The notes under the pieces are model-generated. The model searched no databases, was not told where the DNA came from, and saw only the letters and a program-made list of their open reading frames with translations. A stretch of 64,000 bases of DNA from an uncultured delta proteobacterium (GTDB lineage: Bacteria > Myxococcota > Myxococcia > Myxococcales > Myxococcaceae), in assembly GCA_963796055.1 (NCBI GenBank), contig CAWCKH010000005.1:96001-160000 (forward strand), read 5' to 3'. Shown in pieces: positions 39,283 to 51,967 of this stretch. Position 1 is the stretch's first letter, and each line of letters begins with the position of its first letter. Both the position numbers and the translations under genes were made by a program.

Positions 39283-40251
39283 ATGCTGCTTCGGTACACA
39301 TCTGACCGGCGGACGCTGGCCTGGGCTCTTGCTATGCCGGTCGTCGCCCTCCTCCCCTACGTCCGACCGGAGCTGGCCACCTGGTTGTGGCCCCTCAGCT
39401 GTTACCTCGCCCTCTCCGCCGGGGTGATCGCGCACAACCACAACCACACGCCCACGTTCCGCGGCCGCAAGCTGAACGCCATCTTCGGGAACTGGCTGAG
39501 CATCTTCTACGGCTACCCGACCTACGCCTGGGTCCCCACGCACAACCTCAACCACCACAAGTTCGTGAACAAGGCCGGGGATGCGACCATCACCTGGCGC
39601 TTCAGCAACAAGCACAACGCGCTGGTGGCCGGAACCTACTTCTTCGTTTCCAGCTATTACCAGGCGGAGCCGATCAAGGACTACATCCGGAAGGCGAAGG
39701 AGAAGAATCCCCAGCTCTACCGGACGATCATCGGGCAGTACGTCTTCTTCGTCGGGACGCACCTGGCGCTGCTCGCGCTGGCGATCGCCCTCCACGGCTG
39801 GAGGACCGGCCTCCGCTTGTGGGGTCTGATGTTCCTCGTCCCGGCGCTGTTCGCGCTGTGGACCATCATGTTCTTCAACTACATCCAGCACGTGCATACC
39901 GATCCGTGGAGCGAGCACAATCACTCCCGGAGCTGGATATCTCCGGTCCTGAACTTCCTGCTCTTCAACAACGGGTACCACTCGGCGCACCACGAGCTGG
40001 CCGGGGCGCACTGGAGCACCTTGTCCGAGCTGCACCGGAAGCTGGCGCCGGACATCGATCCGCGCCTGAACGAGAAGAGCTTCTGGTGGTTCTGCCTCCG
40101 GAACTACCTCCTCGCACCATTCTTCCCCTCGCTGGGGACGCGCCAGATCGGCCGCGCTCCCTTCGACGATCCCGCGCTCGCGGTGCCCTCCGCCCCGGTC
40201 ACGGCGGAGGTGGACGCGTTCGAGTCCGGGGTGAACGCCGCCCGCGCCTGA
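39283..40251 (+). CDS. Membrane fatty acid desaturase family protein
   Basis: Three His boxes HNHNH, HNLNHH and YHSAHH, plus NYIQH. Start ATG 39283 (alternative GTG 39265). Confidence 0.88.
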   Translation: MLLRYTSDRRTLAWALAMPVVALLPYVRPELATWLWPLSCYLALSAGVIAHNHNHTPTFRGRKLNAIFGNWLSIFYGYPTYAWVPTHNLNHHKFVNKAGDATITWRFSNKHNALVAGTYFFVSSYYQAEPIKDYIRKAKEKNPQLYRTIIGQYVFFVGTHLALLALAIALHGWRTGLRLWGLMFLVPALFALWTIMFFNYIQHVHTDPWSEHNHSRSWISPVLNFLLFNNGYHSAHHELAGAHWSTLSELHRKLAPDIDPRLNEKSFWWFCLRNYLLAPFFPSLGTRQIGRAPFDDPALAVPSAPVTAEVDAFESGVNAARA

Positions 40252-40981
40252 GCCACACCAGCCGGAGCAGCCTCGCCCACTCCCTGCCCTCGCGCTCGGC
40301 GAGCGCATCGACCGTCTCGAGCAGCCGCTGCACCCCGGCGGGCCCGAGCGCCGGCCCGCCGTAAGAGAGCGAGCGCACCACGCGGCGAAGCGCCTCCGGC
40401 CCGAGCGGGACGCGCTGCTGCCAGACTTCTTCCCCGGGACGCCCCGGACCGGCGGCCAGCACCAGGAACTGCCGGGTCCGCGCCGCCGTCGGAAGGGTCC
40501 GGGCCTTCGGGTTGGCGGCGTGCAGCAACGCCCGCAACCCGCGCATGAACGGGGTGTCGAGCGGCTCGGGAGCGAGCACCGCCGCCACCCCGTCCGGCGC
40601 GAGCAGCCGCCTGGCCTCTGCTCCCGCCGCATCCGGTCGGACCCACTGGACCGCATCGGCGAGGAGCACCAGACCCGCTCCCTGTGGGCCGAGGCCGGTG
40701 GACTCGGCCGGGGCCAGCACCGGCGACACGTCGAGGCCGGTGCAGATCTCGGCGCACACCGCGAGCATGGCCCGCGCAGGCTCGACGGCGAGGACCGGGT
40801 GCCCACGACGGGCGAGCGGCGCGGCGAGGAGCCCCGTGCCCGCGCCGAGGTCCACCACCGGACGGCCGTTCCCGGCGAGCTCCGACAGCCGCGCCACGAG
40901 CGCGTCCGGATACGGAGGCCGGGCTCGGTAGTCCTCGGCGAGGCGCTCGAAGACACGAGGCGCGTCAGACTCCGGGATCAA
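40199..40981 (-). CDS. Class I SAM-dependent methyltransferase
   Basis: YRARPPYP, VVDLGAGTG, AVEPARAM and ADAVQW. The 3' end overlaps the desaturase by 53 nt. Confidence 0.82.
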   Translation of the reverse strand: MIPESDAPRVFERLAEDYRARPPYPDALVARLSELAGNGRPVVDLGAGTGLLAAPLARRGHPVLAVEPARAMLAVCAEICTGLDVSPVLAPAESTGLGPQGAGLVLLADAVQWVRPDAAGAEARRLLAPDGVAAVLAPEPLDTPFMRGLRALLHAANPKARTLPTAARTRQFLVLAAGPGRPGEEVWQQRVPLGPEALRRVVRSLSYGGPALGPAGVQRLLETVDALAEREGREWARLLRLVWLRRGRRSPRTRTRPPPP

Positions 40982-41130
40982 CGGCAGCCACCGGGGGACC
41001 GGCGAGCCCAGCTCCTCCCCTGCTCCAAGACCAGGTGCTCCTCTCCGCCAGACGGCCGTCGCCCCGCCTGCTCACCACCGGCACGGCTGTGCTGTGATGA
41101 GTGTTCCCGCATCGGGACGCCGCACGGAGT

Positions 41131-41856
41131 ATGCCTCCATTGAACCTCCTGCTCCTCCAGCCCGACGAGCTCTCCGCCGACGGCACGGCCCGGCTGGGCG
41201 GCGCGCGCCTCCGCCATCTCCGTGAGGTGCTTGGCGTGGCTCCCGGCCGGACCATCCGGGTGGGTATGCTGGGGGGCAGGGTCGGCACCGCGGAGGTGCG
41301 CCTGCTCGAAGAGCACGAGGCCATGCTCGAGGTCACGCTCGAGGCGCCGCCTCCTCCGAGGCCGGGCGTCGATCTGATCCTCGCCGTCCCGAGGCCCAAG
41401 GCCCTTCGCCGCATCCTCGCCGCCGCGGCCTCCCTGGGGGTGGACCGGCTGGTGCTGCTCGCCGCGGCGCGGGTGGAGAAGAGCTACCTGGGCTCGCCCG
41501 TGCTCGCTCCGGAGCGCATCCGCCAGCACCTGCTCGACGGACTCGAGCAGGCGCAGGACACCGTCCTCCCCGAGGTCCTGCTCGAGCCTCGCTTCCGCCC
41601 CTTCGTCGAGGACCGGATGGACGCGCTGCTGGGCCCGGGCGAGCGCTGGCTCCTGCACCCGGGCGACGAGGGGTCCCGGCATCCCTCCGACGAGGGACGG
41701 CTCGCTCTGGCCATCGGCCCCGAGGGCGGCTGGGTGCCGTTCGAGCGCGCCCTGCTCGAGGAGCGCGGGTTCCGCCCACTCGGCTTCGGCCCCCGGACGC
41801 TCCGCACCGAGACCATCGTTCCCTTCGCGCTGGGGTGGGCCACCGGCCGGCGCTGA
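41131..41856 (+). CDS. rsmE: 16S rRNA m3U1498 methyltransferase RsmE
   Basis: HLREVL, LILAVPRPK, LEQAQDT, AIGPEGGW and LRTET (SPOUT fold). Start 41131 or TTG 41140. Confidence 0.88.
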   Translation: MPPLNLLLLQPDELSADGTARLGGARLRHLREVLGVAPGRTIRVGMLGGRVGTAEVRLLEEHEAMLEVTLEAPPPPRPGVDLILAVPRPKALRRILAAAASLGVDRLVLLAAARVEKSYLGSPVLAPERIRQHLLDGLEQAQDTVLPEVLLEPRFRPFVEDRMDALLGPGERWLLHPGDEGSRHPSDEGRLALAIGPEGGWVPFERALLEERGFRPLGFGPRTLRTETIVPFALGWATGRR

Positions 41857-41929
41857 GCAGCGGGCTGGACCTGTACCTCGGCGCGACCGGGCGGTAGTTT
41901 CCCCGGCCTCGAACGGAGGCTCGCTCCTC

Positions 41930-43441
41930 ATGGCCCACCCCCCGACCACCCCCGCAGACGCCGCGCGCACTCGTGCCGCGGAGCCGGTGACCTCCGAGCC
42001 TCCGGCGAAGCCGGCCACCCACGACACCGCGCCTCCACCGGCGCTGCTCGACTTCATGGTGCAGCAGTGGAAGCCGGCCAGCACCCGGATGCCGCCGAAG
42101 CTGCGGAACGCCGCCGCCTTCGCCGCGCGCCGTCGCGCGCTGTCAAAGCTGTTCCCCGGCGAGACCCTGGTCGTCCCCACCGGGCACGAGAAGGTGCGGG
42201 CCAACGACACCTACTACCGCTTCCGCCCCGGCACCGACTTCTACTACCTGACCGGCAACCTCGAGCCGGACTGCGTGCTGATGATGGTCCCCGAGTCGGG
42301 CGGCGGGCACCGGGACGTGCTCTTCGTCGAGCCGAACCCGGGCAAGAGCGACTCGACCTTCTTCACCGACCGCAACAAGGGCGAGCTGTGGGTGGGCCCG
42401 CGGCTCGGCGTGCCGCAGAGTCAGGCCCGCTTCGACGTCCACGAGGCCCGGGCACTGTCCGAGCTCCCCGGGGCGCTGGGCGCGCTGCGCGGGCCGGCCA
42501 CCCGCCCGGTCCGGGCGCTCCGGGGGATGAGCCCCGCGGTGGACGCCACGCTCGAGGAGACAGCCCGCGACAAGGAGCTGGCCACCGCGCTGTCCGAGAT
42601 GCGGCTGCTCAAGGACGCCCAGGAGGTCCGCGAGCTGTCGGCGGCGATCGCCTCGACCAGGCGCGGCTTCGAGGACGTCATCGCCGCGCTGCGGACCGCA
42701 CGGCACGAACGCGAGGTGGAGGGCATCTTCAACCTCCGCGCCCGGGTGGAGGGCAACGACATCGGGTACAACACCATCGCTGCCGCCGGCGAGCACGCCT
42801 GCATCCTCCACTGGGTGAAGAACGGGGGCGCGCTGCGGCCCGGAACGCTGCTGCTGCTCGACGCCGGGGTGGAGGCACACACCCTCTACACCGCGGACAT
42901 CACCCGCACCCTGCCCATCTCCGGCCGCTTCAGCCTCGAGCAGCGGGAGATCTACGAGCTGGTCCACGCAGCGCAGGCCGCGGCCTTCGCCCAGGTGAAG
43001 CCGGGGAAGGACTTCCTCGACCCCAACCGGGCGGCGATGAAGGTGCTCGCCGAGGGACTGGAGCGGCTGGGCATCCTCGACGACGCGGCCGTTGCGCTCG
43101 CCGACCAGAACCAGTTCTACAAGCGCTATTCGCTCCACAACGTGAGCCACATGCTGGGCCTGGACGTGCACGACTGTGCCCAGGCCCGCGCCGAGACCTA
43201 CAAGTTCGGCCAGCTCAAGCCGGGGATGGTGCTCACCGTGGAACCCGGCCTCTACTTCCAGACCGACGACCTCACCGTTCCCGCGCGCTACCGCGGTATC
43301 GGCGTGCGCATCGAGGACGACGTCCTGGTCACCACCCGCGGCATGCGGAACCTCTCCGCCGACTTCCCCAGTGAGGCCTCCGAGGTCGAGGCCTGGATGG
43401 CGAAGGTGTGGAAATCGCAGGGCAAGCGCACCCGCGCTTGA
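41930..43441 (+). CDS. pepP: Xaa-Pro aminopeptidase (M24B)
   Basis: DFYYLTG, LLDAG, YTADITRT, HMLGLDVHD, TVEPGLY and GVRIEDD. Confidence 0.92.
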   Translation: MAHPPTTPADAARTRAAEPVTSEPPAKPATHDTAPPPALLDFMVQQWKPASTRMPPKLRNAAAFAARRRALSKLFPGETLVVPTGHEKVRANDTYYRFRPGTDFYYLTGNLEPDCVLMMVPESGGGHRDVLFVEPNPGKSDSTFFTDRNKGELWVGPRLGVPQSQARFDVHEARALSELPGALGALRGPATRPVRALRGMSPAVDATLEETARDKELATALSEMRLLKDAQEVRELSAAIASTRRGFEDVIAALRTARHEREVEGIFNLRARVEGNDIGYNTIAAAGEHACILHWVKNGGALRPGTLLLLDAGVEAHTLYTADITRTLPISGRFSLEQREIYELVHAAQAAAFAQVKPGKDFLDPNRAAMKVLAEGLERLGILDDAAVALADQNQFYKRYSLHNVSHMLGLDVHDCAQARAETYKFGQLKPGMVLTVEPGLYFQTDDLTVPARYRGIGVRIEDDVLVTTRGMRNLSADFPSEASEVEAWMAKVWKSQGKRTRA

Positions 43442-43467
43442 CACTCGACGCGGACGGTCATTACCGT
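43438..43467 (+). promoter_or_regulatory. Sigma70-type promoter for the met operon leader: TTGACA-N18-TACCGT
   Basis: Perfect -35 hexamer at 43438-43443, overlapping the pepP stop; TAnnnT -10 at 43462-43467. Confidence 0.6.
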
Positions 43468-43538
43468 CCGCCCCCGTGAGGAAGTTCGCTCCCCAGATGC
43501 GTCGAATTACCGCGCGGCCCATGCACATGCGTGGCCCG

Positions 43539-46239
<2,701 letters not shown>

Positions 46240-46243
<4 letters not shown>

Positions 46244-48714
46244 GTCCCTGGCAGGTCTTCAAGTTCGGAGGTTCCTCGCTGGGCGCAGCGGGGCGACTGC
46301 CGGTCGTGCTCCGGCGGGTGGCGGAGGCCGAGCGCCCCCTGGCGCTGGTGGTGAGCGCGCTCGGGGACACCACCGAGTGGCTGCTCGATGCCGCCCGCGC
46401 CGCCGCCTCCGGGGACGAGACCCGGGCGCGCGCCCATCTGGAGCGGGCGCTCACCCTGGCCCGGACCCGTGCCGCGGAGGTGGTCCGGGCCGACGCGCTG
46501 GGCGAGCTGGAGGAGAACTGGGCGCTGATCTTCGAGGACGCGGGCCGGAGCATCTCCGCCCTGGTCGCCGCCCGGACGCTCCTCCCCGGCCCGCTGGACG
46601 AGCTGCTCTCGGCCGGCGAGCGGCTGTCGTCCCCGCTGGTGGCGGCCGCGCTCCGGGCTCGGGAGCTGCCCGGGCTCGCGGTGGACGCGCGGGAGATCTT
46701 CCGGACGGACGACCGGCACGGCGATGCCACGGTGGACCTGGGCGCGAGCCTGCAGCCGGTGCTGGAACGACGGGTGGACTGGGAGCGGCACATCCCGGTG
46801 GTGACCGGCTTCATCGGCCGGGCACCGGATGGCTCCACCACCACCCTGGGCCGGAACGGCTCGGACTACGCCGCCACCACGCTCGCCGCGCTGCTGGGCG
46901 CGACCGAGGTGACCATCTGGACCGACGTGGGGGGGGTGATGACCGCCGACCCGGACCTGGTCGAGGAGGCCTACCCGGTTCCGCGCCTCACCTGGCACGA
47001 GGCGCAGGAGCTGGCCCACTTCGGGCTGCGGATGTTCCACCGGCGCACGGTCCTGCCGCTGGAGCAGACCGGCGGCCGGCTGCGGATCCGCAGCACGGTG
47101 GACGCCGGCGAGGGCACGGTCATCGACGCGCACGGGAATCCCGACCCGCACCGGCCCACCTGCGTCACCAGCCTCGAGAACCTGGCGCTCCTGGCGGTCG
47201 AGTCGCGCCGCCCGGCGCCGGAGACATCGCTCGCGGTGCGGGTGCTCTCGGCGCTGGAGGAGGCGCAGATCCGGGTGTGGATGGTGACCCAGTCGGGCCA
47301 CGGCCAGAGCCTCGCGGCGGTGGTGGACGCCGCGGCGGCAGCGCGGGCGCGCGCGGTGCTCGAGGCGGCGCTGGCGGAGCTGCTCGTCCCGGGCGAGGTG
47401 GAGCTCCCCCCGGCGCTGGGCCCGGTGTCGCTGGTGAGCCTGGTGGCCGAGGCGATGGGCCAGTGGCCAAACGTCGCCGGCCGCTTCTTCGGCGCGCTGG
47501 GAAACGTGGGCATCAACGTCCGCGCCATCGCCCAGGGAGCGAGCTCGCGGAGCATCGGGTGCGTGGTGGACGCCGCCGACACCGCGGAGGCGGTGCGGAC
47601 GGTGCATGCGGCCTTCAACCTCGCCGAGACCGAGGTGAACGTGCTGCTCCTGGGGCGAGGCACGGTGGGGGGAAGGCTGCTCGCCCAGCTCGAGGCCACC
47701 CGGGACGCGCTGCGGACGCGCCAGGGGGTGGATGCGCGTCTCTTCGGCGTGGTGGACCGGCACGGGGCGCACGTGAACCCGCGAGGGCTGTTGCCCTCGG
47801 AGCTCCCGCCCCGCGGCAGCAGCGCGGCCGGGGCGCCGCCGGAGGTGACCGGGCTGCTGGACCGCCTCTCGCGCCTGCCCGTTCCGGTGCTGGTGGACTG
47901 CACTGCCGAGGACGGGATGGAGGCGCTGTACGTCGAGGCGTTCCGGCGCGGCATCCACGTCGTGGCAGCGAACAAGAAGCCCCTGGCGTTGCCGTTCGAG
48001 CGCCGCGCGCAGGTGGCCGAGATGGCGCGCCGGCACTTCCGGGCCTGGCACTACGAGACCACCGTCGGCGCCGGCCTGCCGGTCATCGAGACCCTGAAGA
48101 ATCTGGTGGCCACCGGTGACGTGGTCGAGCGCATCGACGGGAGCCTCTCGGGCACCCTGGGCTTCCTCTGCCAGGAGGTGATGGCCGGAGCGGCGCTCTC
48201 GGTGGCGGTGCGCGCCGCGCGCGACCGCGGGTACACCGAGCCGCACCCCCGCGACGACCTGTCGGGTCTCGACGTGGCCAGAAAGGCGCTGATCCTCGCC
48301 CGTGAGCTGGGGCTGCAGCTGGAGATCGAGGACGTGGCGGTGGAGCCGTTCGTCGACGGCGCGCTCCTGGCCGAGGACGACCCGGAGCGCTTCCTCCAGC
48401 AGCTGGTGCCACACGACGAGGCCTTCGCGGCGAGGGTGGCCCGGTACGTGGCCGCTGGCCGCACGCTCCGCTACCTGGTGCAGATCGTCCCCGGGGCCGA
48501 GGGCCGCAAGGTGCGCGTCGGTCCGGTGGCAGTCGAGGCCGGGCACCCCGCCGTCCCGCTGCGCGGCGCCGAGGCGCTGGTGGCCTTCACCACCGCCCGC
48601 TACCAGGACTACCCGCTCATCGTCCGGGGCGCGGGCGCCGGTGGCGACGTCACCGCCGCCGGCGTGCTCGCCGACGTGCTCCGCCTCACCCAGAACGTCC
48701 GGGGGCGCCGGTGA
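46240..48714 (+). CDS. Bifunctional aspartate kinase / homoserine dehydrogenase (ThrA/MetL type)
   Basis: KFGGSS, TLGRNGSDY, two ACT regions, GRGTVGG, ANKKP, YETTVGAGLP, EPHPRDDLSG and GAGAGGDVTA; ATGA overlap with metX. Confidence 0.92.
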
Positions 48715-48801
48715 GCCTCCACCCGTGGGGTTTGGCGTGTAGGCGGGGGTGGGTTTCGTGCGCGGCGGCGGTTGTTGGGGGAAACTCCACGGCCGGCGTT
48801 C

Positions 48802-49548
48802 ATGTCCAGCTCCGACGAGCCGACCGCACCCGAGCCTGAAACGCAGCGCCTGGCGCTCCGGCGGCTGTTCGAGGAGCGTCTCTCCCAGTTCCCGGCCGAC
48901 TCGCGGACCCGGCTGGCCGGCCAGCTGGGAGATCCGGAGCTGCAGGCGCTGTGCTTCGACCCGCTTCCCAACGTCGCCCGGGCGCTGGTGGAGAACCCGA
49001 AGTTCGGCCTGGTCCACGCCCGGTTGCTCGCGGCGCACCATCCTCACCCCACGGGTCTGGGGGCGCTGACCAAGAAGGACGCCTTCCTCCGCGACGCCGA
49101 GGTACAGCGGATGTTGCTCCGGAACGTCCAGACCCCGCCGGCGCTGCTGCAGCGCATCTTCCATCAGCGCCGGCTCATGGACCTCTTCCAGCTGAGCGTG
49201 GGCCGGGAGATGCCGGAGAAGAACAAGATCGCCAGCCGGGAGGCGTTCCGGGCCCGCTGGAGCTCGGGAATGGCCGAGGAGAAGGTGGACACGCTCTTTC
49301 GCACCGAGGGGCGGATCCTCGCCCAGCTGGTGGGGCTGGCGATGGACCAGAAGAGCGCGGCCCTCTTCTGTCACCGGACAGTGACCTCGTTGCTGCTGGT
49401 GCAGAACCTGGCGCGCTGGGCGGGCACGCCGCCCTCGGTGCTGGCCCACCTCCTGAAGCAGGCAGTTGTGCGCAACCAGCCCCAGGTGCGGATGCTCATC
49501 TTCAAGCACCCCAACCTGCCGTCCCACGCCCGGGCCGGGAACGACTGA
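48802..49548 (+). CDS. Hypothetical alpha-helical repeat protein (LRV/DUF2336-like)
   Basis: Repeats such as DPLPNVARALVENP, DAEVQRMLLRN and QVRMLIFKHPN; GC3-rich codon usage. Confidence 0.6.
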   Translation: MSSSDEPTAPEPETQRLALRRLFEERLSQFPADSRTRLAGQLGDPELQALCFDPLPNVARALVENPKFGLVHARLLAAHHPHPTGLGALTKKDAFLRDAEVQRMLLRNVQTPPALLQRIFHQRRLMDLFQLSVGREMPEKNKIASREAFRARWSSGMAEEKVDTLFRTEGRILAQLVGLAMDQKSAALFCHRTVTSLLLVQNLARWAGTPPSVLAHLLKQAVVRNQPQVRMLIFKHPNLPSHARAGND

Positions 49549-49549
49549 C

Positions 49550-50749
49550 TCAGTTCCGGAGGATGTCGAAGACCCGCTCCGTGGTCTCGGCGTCCGGACG
49601 GATCTCGAAGCGGGTGCGGCCGATCTCCCGTCCGTCCTCGGTTTCGATGGCCACCCGCCAGTCTCCGGGCGACCAGTTCTGCTTGTAGGCATAGCCGCCG
49701 AAGCCCTCCTCGCGCCCCCCGACGATGCGGACCGGGATGGCGTCGCTCTCGGTCCAGGCTCCGCGCTCCCACTTCGCCCAGCGGACCCGCACCTGGTCGC
49801 GGAAGTTGTGCGGGGCGAAGATGCGGGTGAAGACGAACACCCGGTCTCCAGGCCGGGCGAGGAACACCCGCTCGTCCTTGCGGAACAGGTCGGCCCAGCG
49901 GGAGCGGGGAAGCCGGCTCAGGCTGAACTCGGCGCCCTCGCGCTCCACCCGGTGCCAGACCCCCAGCGCACGGACCGAGAGGGGAACGGGCGGCACCAGG
50001 TGCAGCACGAAGAGGACCAGCAGGAGCGCCTGGACGCCGATCGCCGGCCCCACCGCCCTGCGGAACGCGCGCCGGCGGTCCTCGCCCCAGCGGGCCATGA
50101 GCCGGGCGAGCAGGAAGATGGGAAGGATCGACAGCCCCGACGCGGCGAAGAACATCCATCCCCGGAGGTGCCCGAGGAGCACGGGGAGCAGGTAGGCGAG
50201 ATAGCTGGTGAGCGAAAACGAATAGAGGCCGAACAGCACCACCGGCCCCAGGCGGTGGAAGCGGGGATGCTCGTTCACCAGCAGCAGCGCCGAGATGAGC
50301 ACCAGGAACAGCACCGCGGTCACGCCCGAGCCGCTCTTCACGTAGAAGAGGCTGAAGGCGTTGAGCAGCGTGCCGAGCATGAAGTGCACCGCGTGCTCGA
50401 CGTAGCGCCAGGGCCGCCGCAGCCAGCCCGGCGGTTCGCGGTGCAGCAGCTCGAAGCGCAGCATCGCCCCGAGGAGCAGCCCGGTGACCACCAGATAGGC
50501 CGCCTGCTGCACCAGCAGCGGGGTCTCGTCGATGCGGCCCACCATGACCGCGTCGAAGAGGAACCCGCCGGCGAAGAAGACGATGGACTCCTCGCGGGCG
50601 TGCCGTGCGCGGAAGGCGCGGAACCGCTCGCGCAGCCCGCTCGGGGCCGGCTCTGCAGAGACGACCGTCAGCTCAGGAGTAGCGGTCGTCGCGCCAGGGG
50701 TGGGCGGTGTTGCTGTAGCCGCGGGTCTCCCAGAAGCCGGGTCGGTCAT
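49550..50749 (-). CDS. DUF2914-domain membrane protein
   Basis: Multi-TM N-terminus, then VFTRIFAP...IVGGREEGFGGYAYKQN...GDWRVAIETEDGREIGR. The start is uncertain because ATG 50749 overlaps the upstream gene by 77 nt. Confidence 0.8.
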   Translation of the reverse strand: MTDPASGRPAATATPPTPGATTATPELTVVSAEPAPSGLRERFRAFRARHAREESIVFFAGGFLFDAVMVGRIDETPLLVQQAAYLVVTGLLLGAMLRFELLHREPPGWLRRPWRYVEHAVHFMLGTLLNAFSLFYVKSGSGVTAVLFLVLISALLLVNEHPRFHRLGPVVLFGLYSFSLTSYLAYLLPVLLGHLRGWMFFAASGLSILPIFLLARLMARWGEDRRRAFRRAVGPAIGVQALLLVLFVLHLVPPVPLSVRALGVWHRVEREGAEFSLSRLPRSRWADLFRKDERVFLARPGDRVFVFTRIFAPHNFRDQVRVRWAKWERGAWTESDAIPVRIVGGREEGFGGYAYKQNWSPGDWRVAIETEDGREIGRTRFEIRPDAETTERVFDILRN

Positions 50750-51368
50750 GGGTGAGGAACTCGATGCGCTGGATCCACTTGGAGCCCTTCCAAGCGTACA
50801 GCTGCGGCGTGATCATCCGCACCGGTCCCCCGTGCTCGCGGGGGAGTGGCTTGTCCTCGGCGGTGTGCACCAGGAGCACGTCGTCCTTCAGCGCCTCCTC
50901 CAGCGGGAGGTTGGTGGTGTAGCCGTCGTATCCGTGGATCAGGACGTGGGTTGCGGTGGGGAGCAGGCGGGCGAGCGCGGCGATGGTGGAGAAGGCCACG
51001 CCCTTCCACGCGACATCCAGCTTCGACCAGGTGGTGACGCAGTGGAAGTCGCTCACGTCGGTCACTTGAGGCAAGGCGAGGAAGTCCTGCCAGCGGAGAG
51101 TGAGTGGCTCCTCGACCGCGCCGTCGACCCGGAGGCTCCAGCGCTCGAGTGGGATGTCGGGCTTGGTGCCGAGATCGAGCACCGGCCATCCATCGGTCAC
51201 GTGCTGCCCGATGGGCACCTGGGGCATCCCGTGGCGGTTGGGCGGGCCGTTTCCCAGCGGCTTGCCGTCGGCGGCCCCGGGGGTGGACTGCATCTTCTTC
51301 TGGAACCGGGCGCGGAGCTTCATCCGCGCCTCGACGATGCGCTGCAGCCTATCGTCCTGGTCGCTCAC
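50673..51368 (-). CDS. Sulfite-oxidase-family molybdopterin oxidoreductase (MsrP/YedY-like, no signal peptide)
   Basis: DFHCVTTWS (Mo-ligand Cys), GYTTNLPL, EHGGPVR, YAWKGSKW and GFWETRGY. Confidence 0.88.
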   Translation of the reverse strand: MSDQDDRLQRIVEARMKLRARFQKKMQSTPGAADGKPLGNGPPNRHGMPQVPIGQHVTDGWPVLDLGTKPDIPLERWSLRVDGAVEEPLTLRWQDFLALPQVTDVSDFHCVTTWSKLDVAWKGVAFSTIAALARLLPTATHVLIHGYDGYTTNLPLEEALKDDVLLVHTAEDKPLPREHGGPVRMITPQLYAWKGSKWIQRIEFLTHDRPGFWETRGYSNTAHPWRDDRYS

Positions 51369-51374
51369 AGCCGG

Positions 51375-51698
51375 TCAGTCGCCGGAGGCCTGGCGGTCGA
51401 TGAGCGCCTTCAGCTCGCCCCGCTCCTCCAGCTCGCGGACGATGTCCGAGCCGCCCACGAACTTCCCGTGGATGAACACCTGGGGAATGGTGGGCCAGCG
51501 GGTGTACTCCTTGATCCCGTCACGCACCTCGGGTTCGGCGAGCACGTCGACGCCGTGTACCGGCCCGTACGCCTGGAGGATCTGCACCGCGGCGGCGCTG
51601 AAGCCGCAGCGCGGGAAGAGCGGGTTGCCCTTCATGTAGATGACGACGGGGTGCGACTGGGTTTCCCGGTCGAACCGCGCCTTGAGATCGGGGGTCAT
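51375..51698 (-). CDS. grxD: Monothiol glutaredoxin Grx4
   Basis: MKG...PRCGFS, WPTIPQVFI and GGSDI. Confidence 0.93.
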   Translation of the reverse strand: MTPDLKARFDRETQSHPVVIYMKGNPLFPRCGFSAAAVQILQAYGPVHGVDVLAEPEVRDGIKEYTRWPTIPQVFIHGKFVGGSDIVRELEERGELKALIDRQASGD

Positions 51699-51967
51699 GG
51701 GCTGGAGGTCCTCGTGGCCCCGAACTTCTTCCACTGCTCGGGGGAGTAGGTCCTTAACGCAAGGGCGTGCAGCTCGCCCGAGTCCAGGAGGTCCTGGAGG
51801 GGGGCATAGACGGCAGCATGCTGGTCCACCATGGACTTGCCCTCGAAGGCGGAGGAGACCACCCGGGCCTCGAAGTGGTCGCCGGTCCCGGTGAGGTCGC
51901 GGATGGTGACCTGGGCATCGGGCAGCGCGGACTTGATGCGCGACTCGAGGAGCGAAGGGTCCAGCAT
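51695..51967 (-). CDS. bolA: BolA-family protein
   Basis: GDHFEARVVSSAFEGKS..QH..VY and LHALAL; ATGA overlap with grxD. Confidence 0.92.
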   Translation of the reverse strand: MLDPSLLESRIKSALPDAQVTIRDLTGTGDHFEARVVSSAFEGKSMVDQHAAVYAPLQDLLDSGELHALALRTYSPEQWKKFGATRTSSP

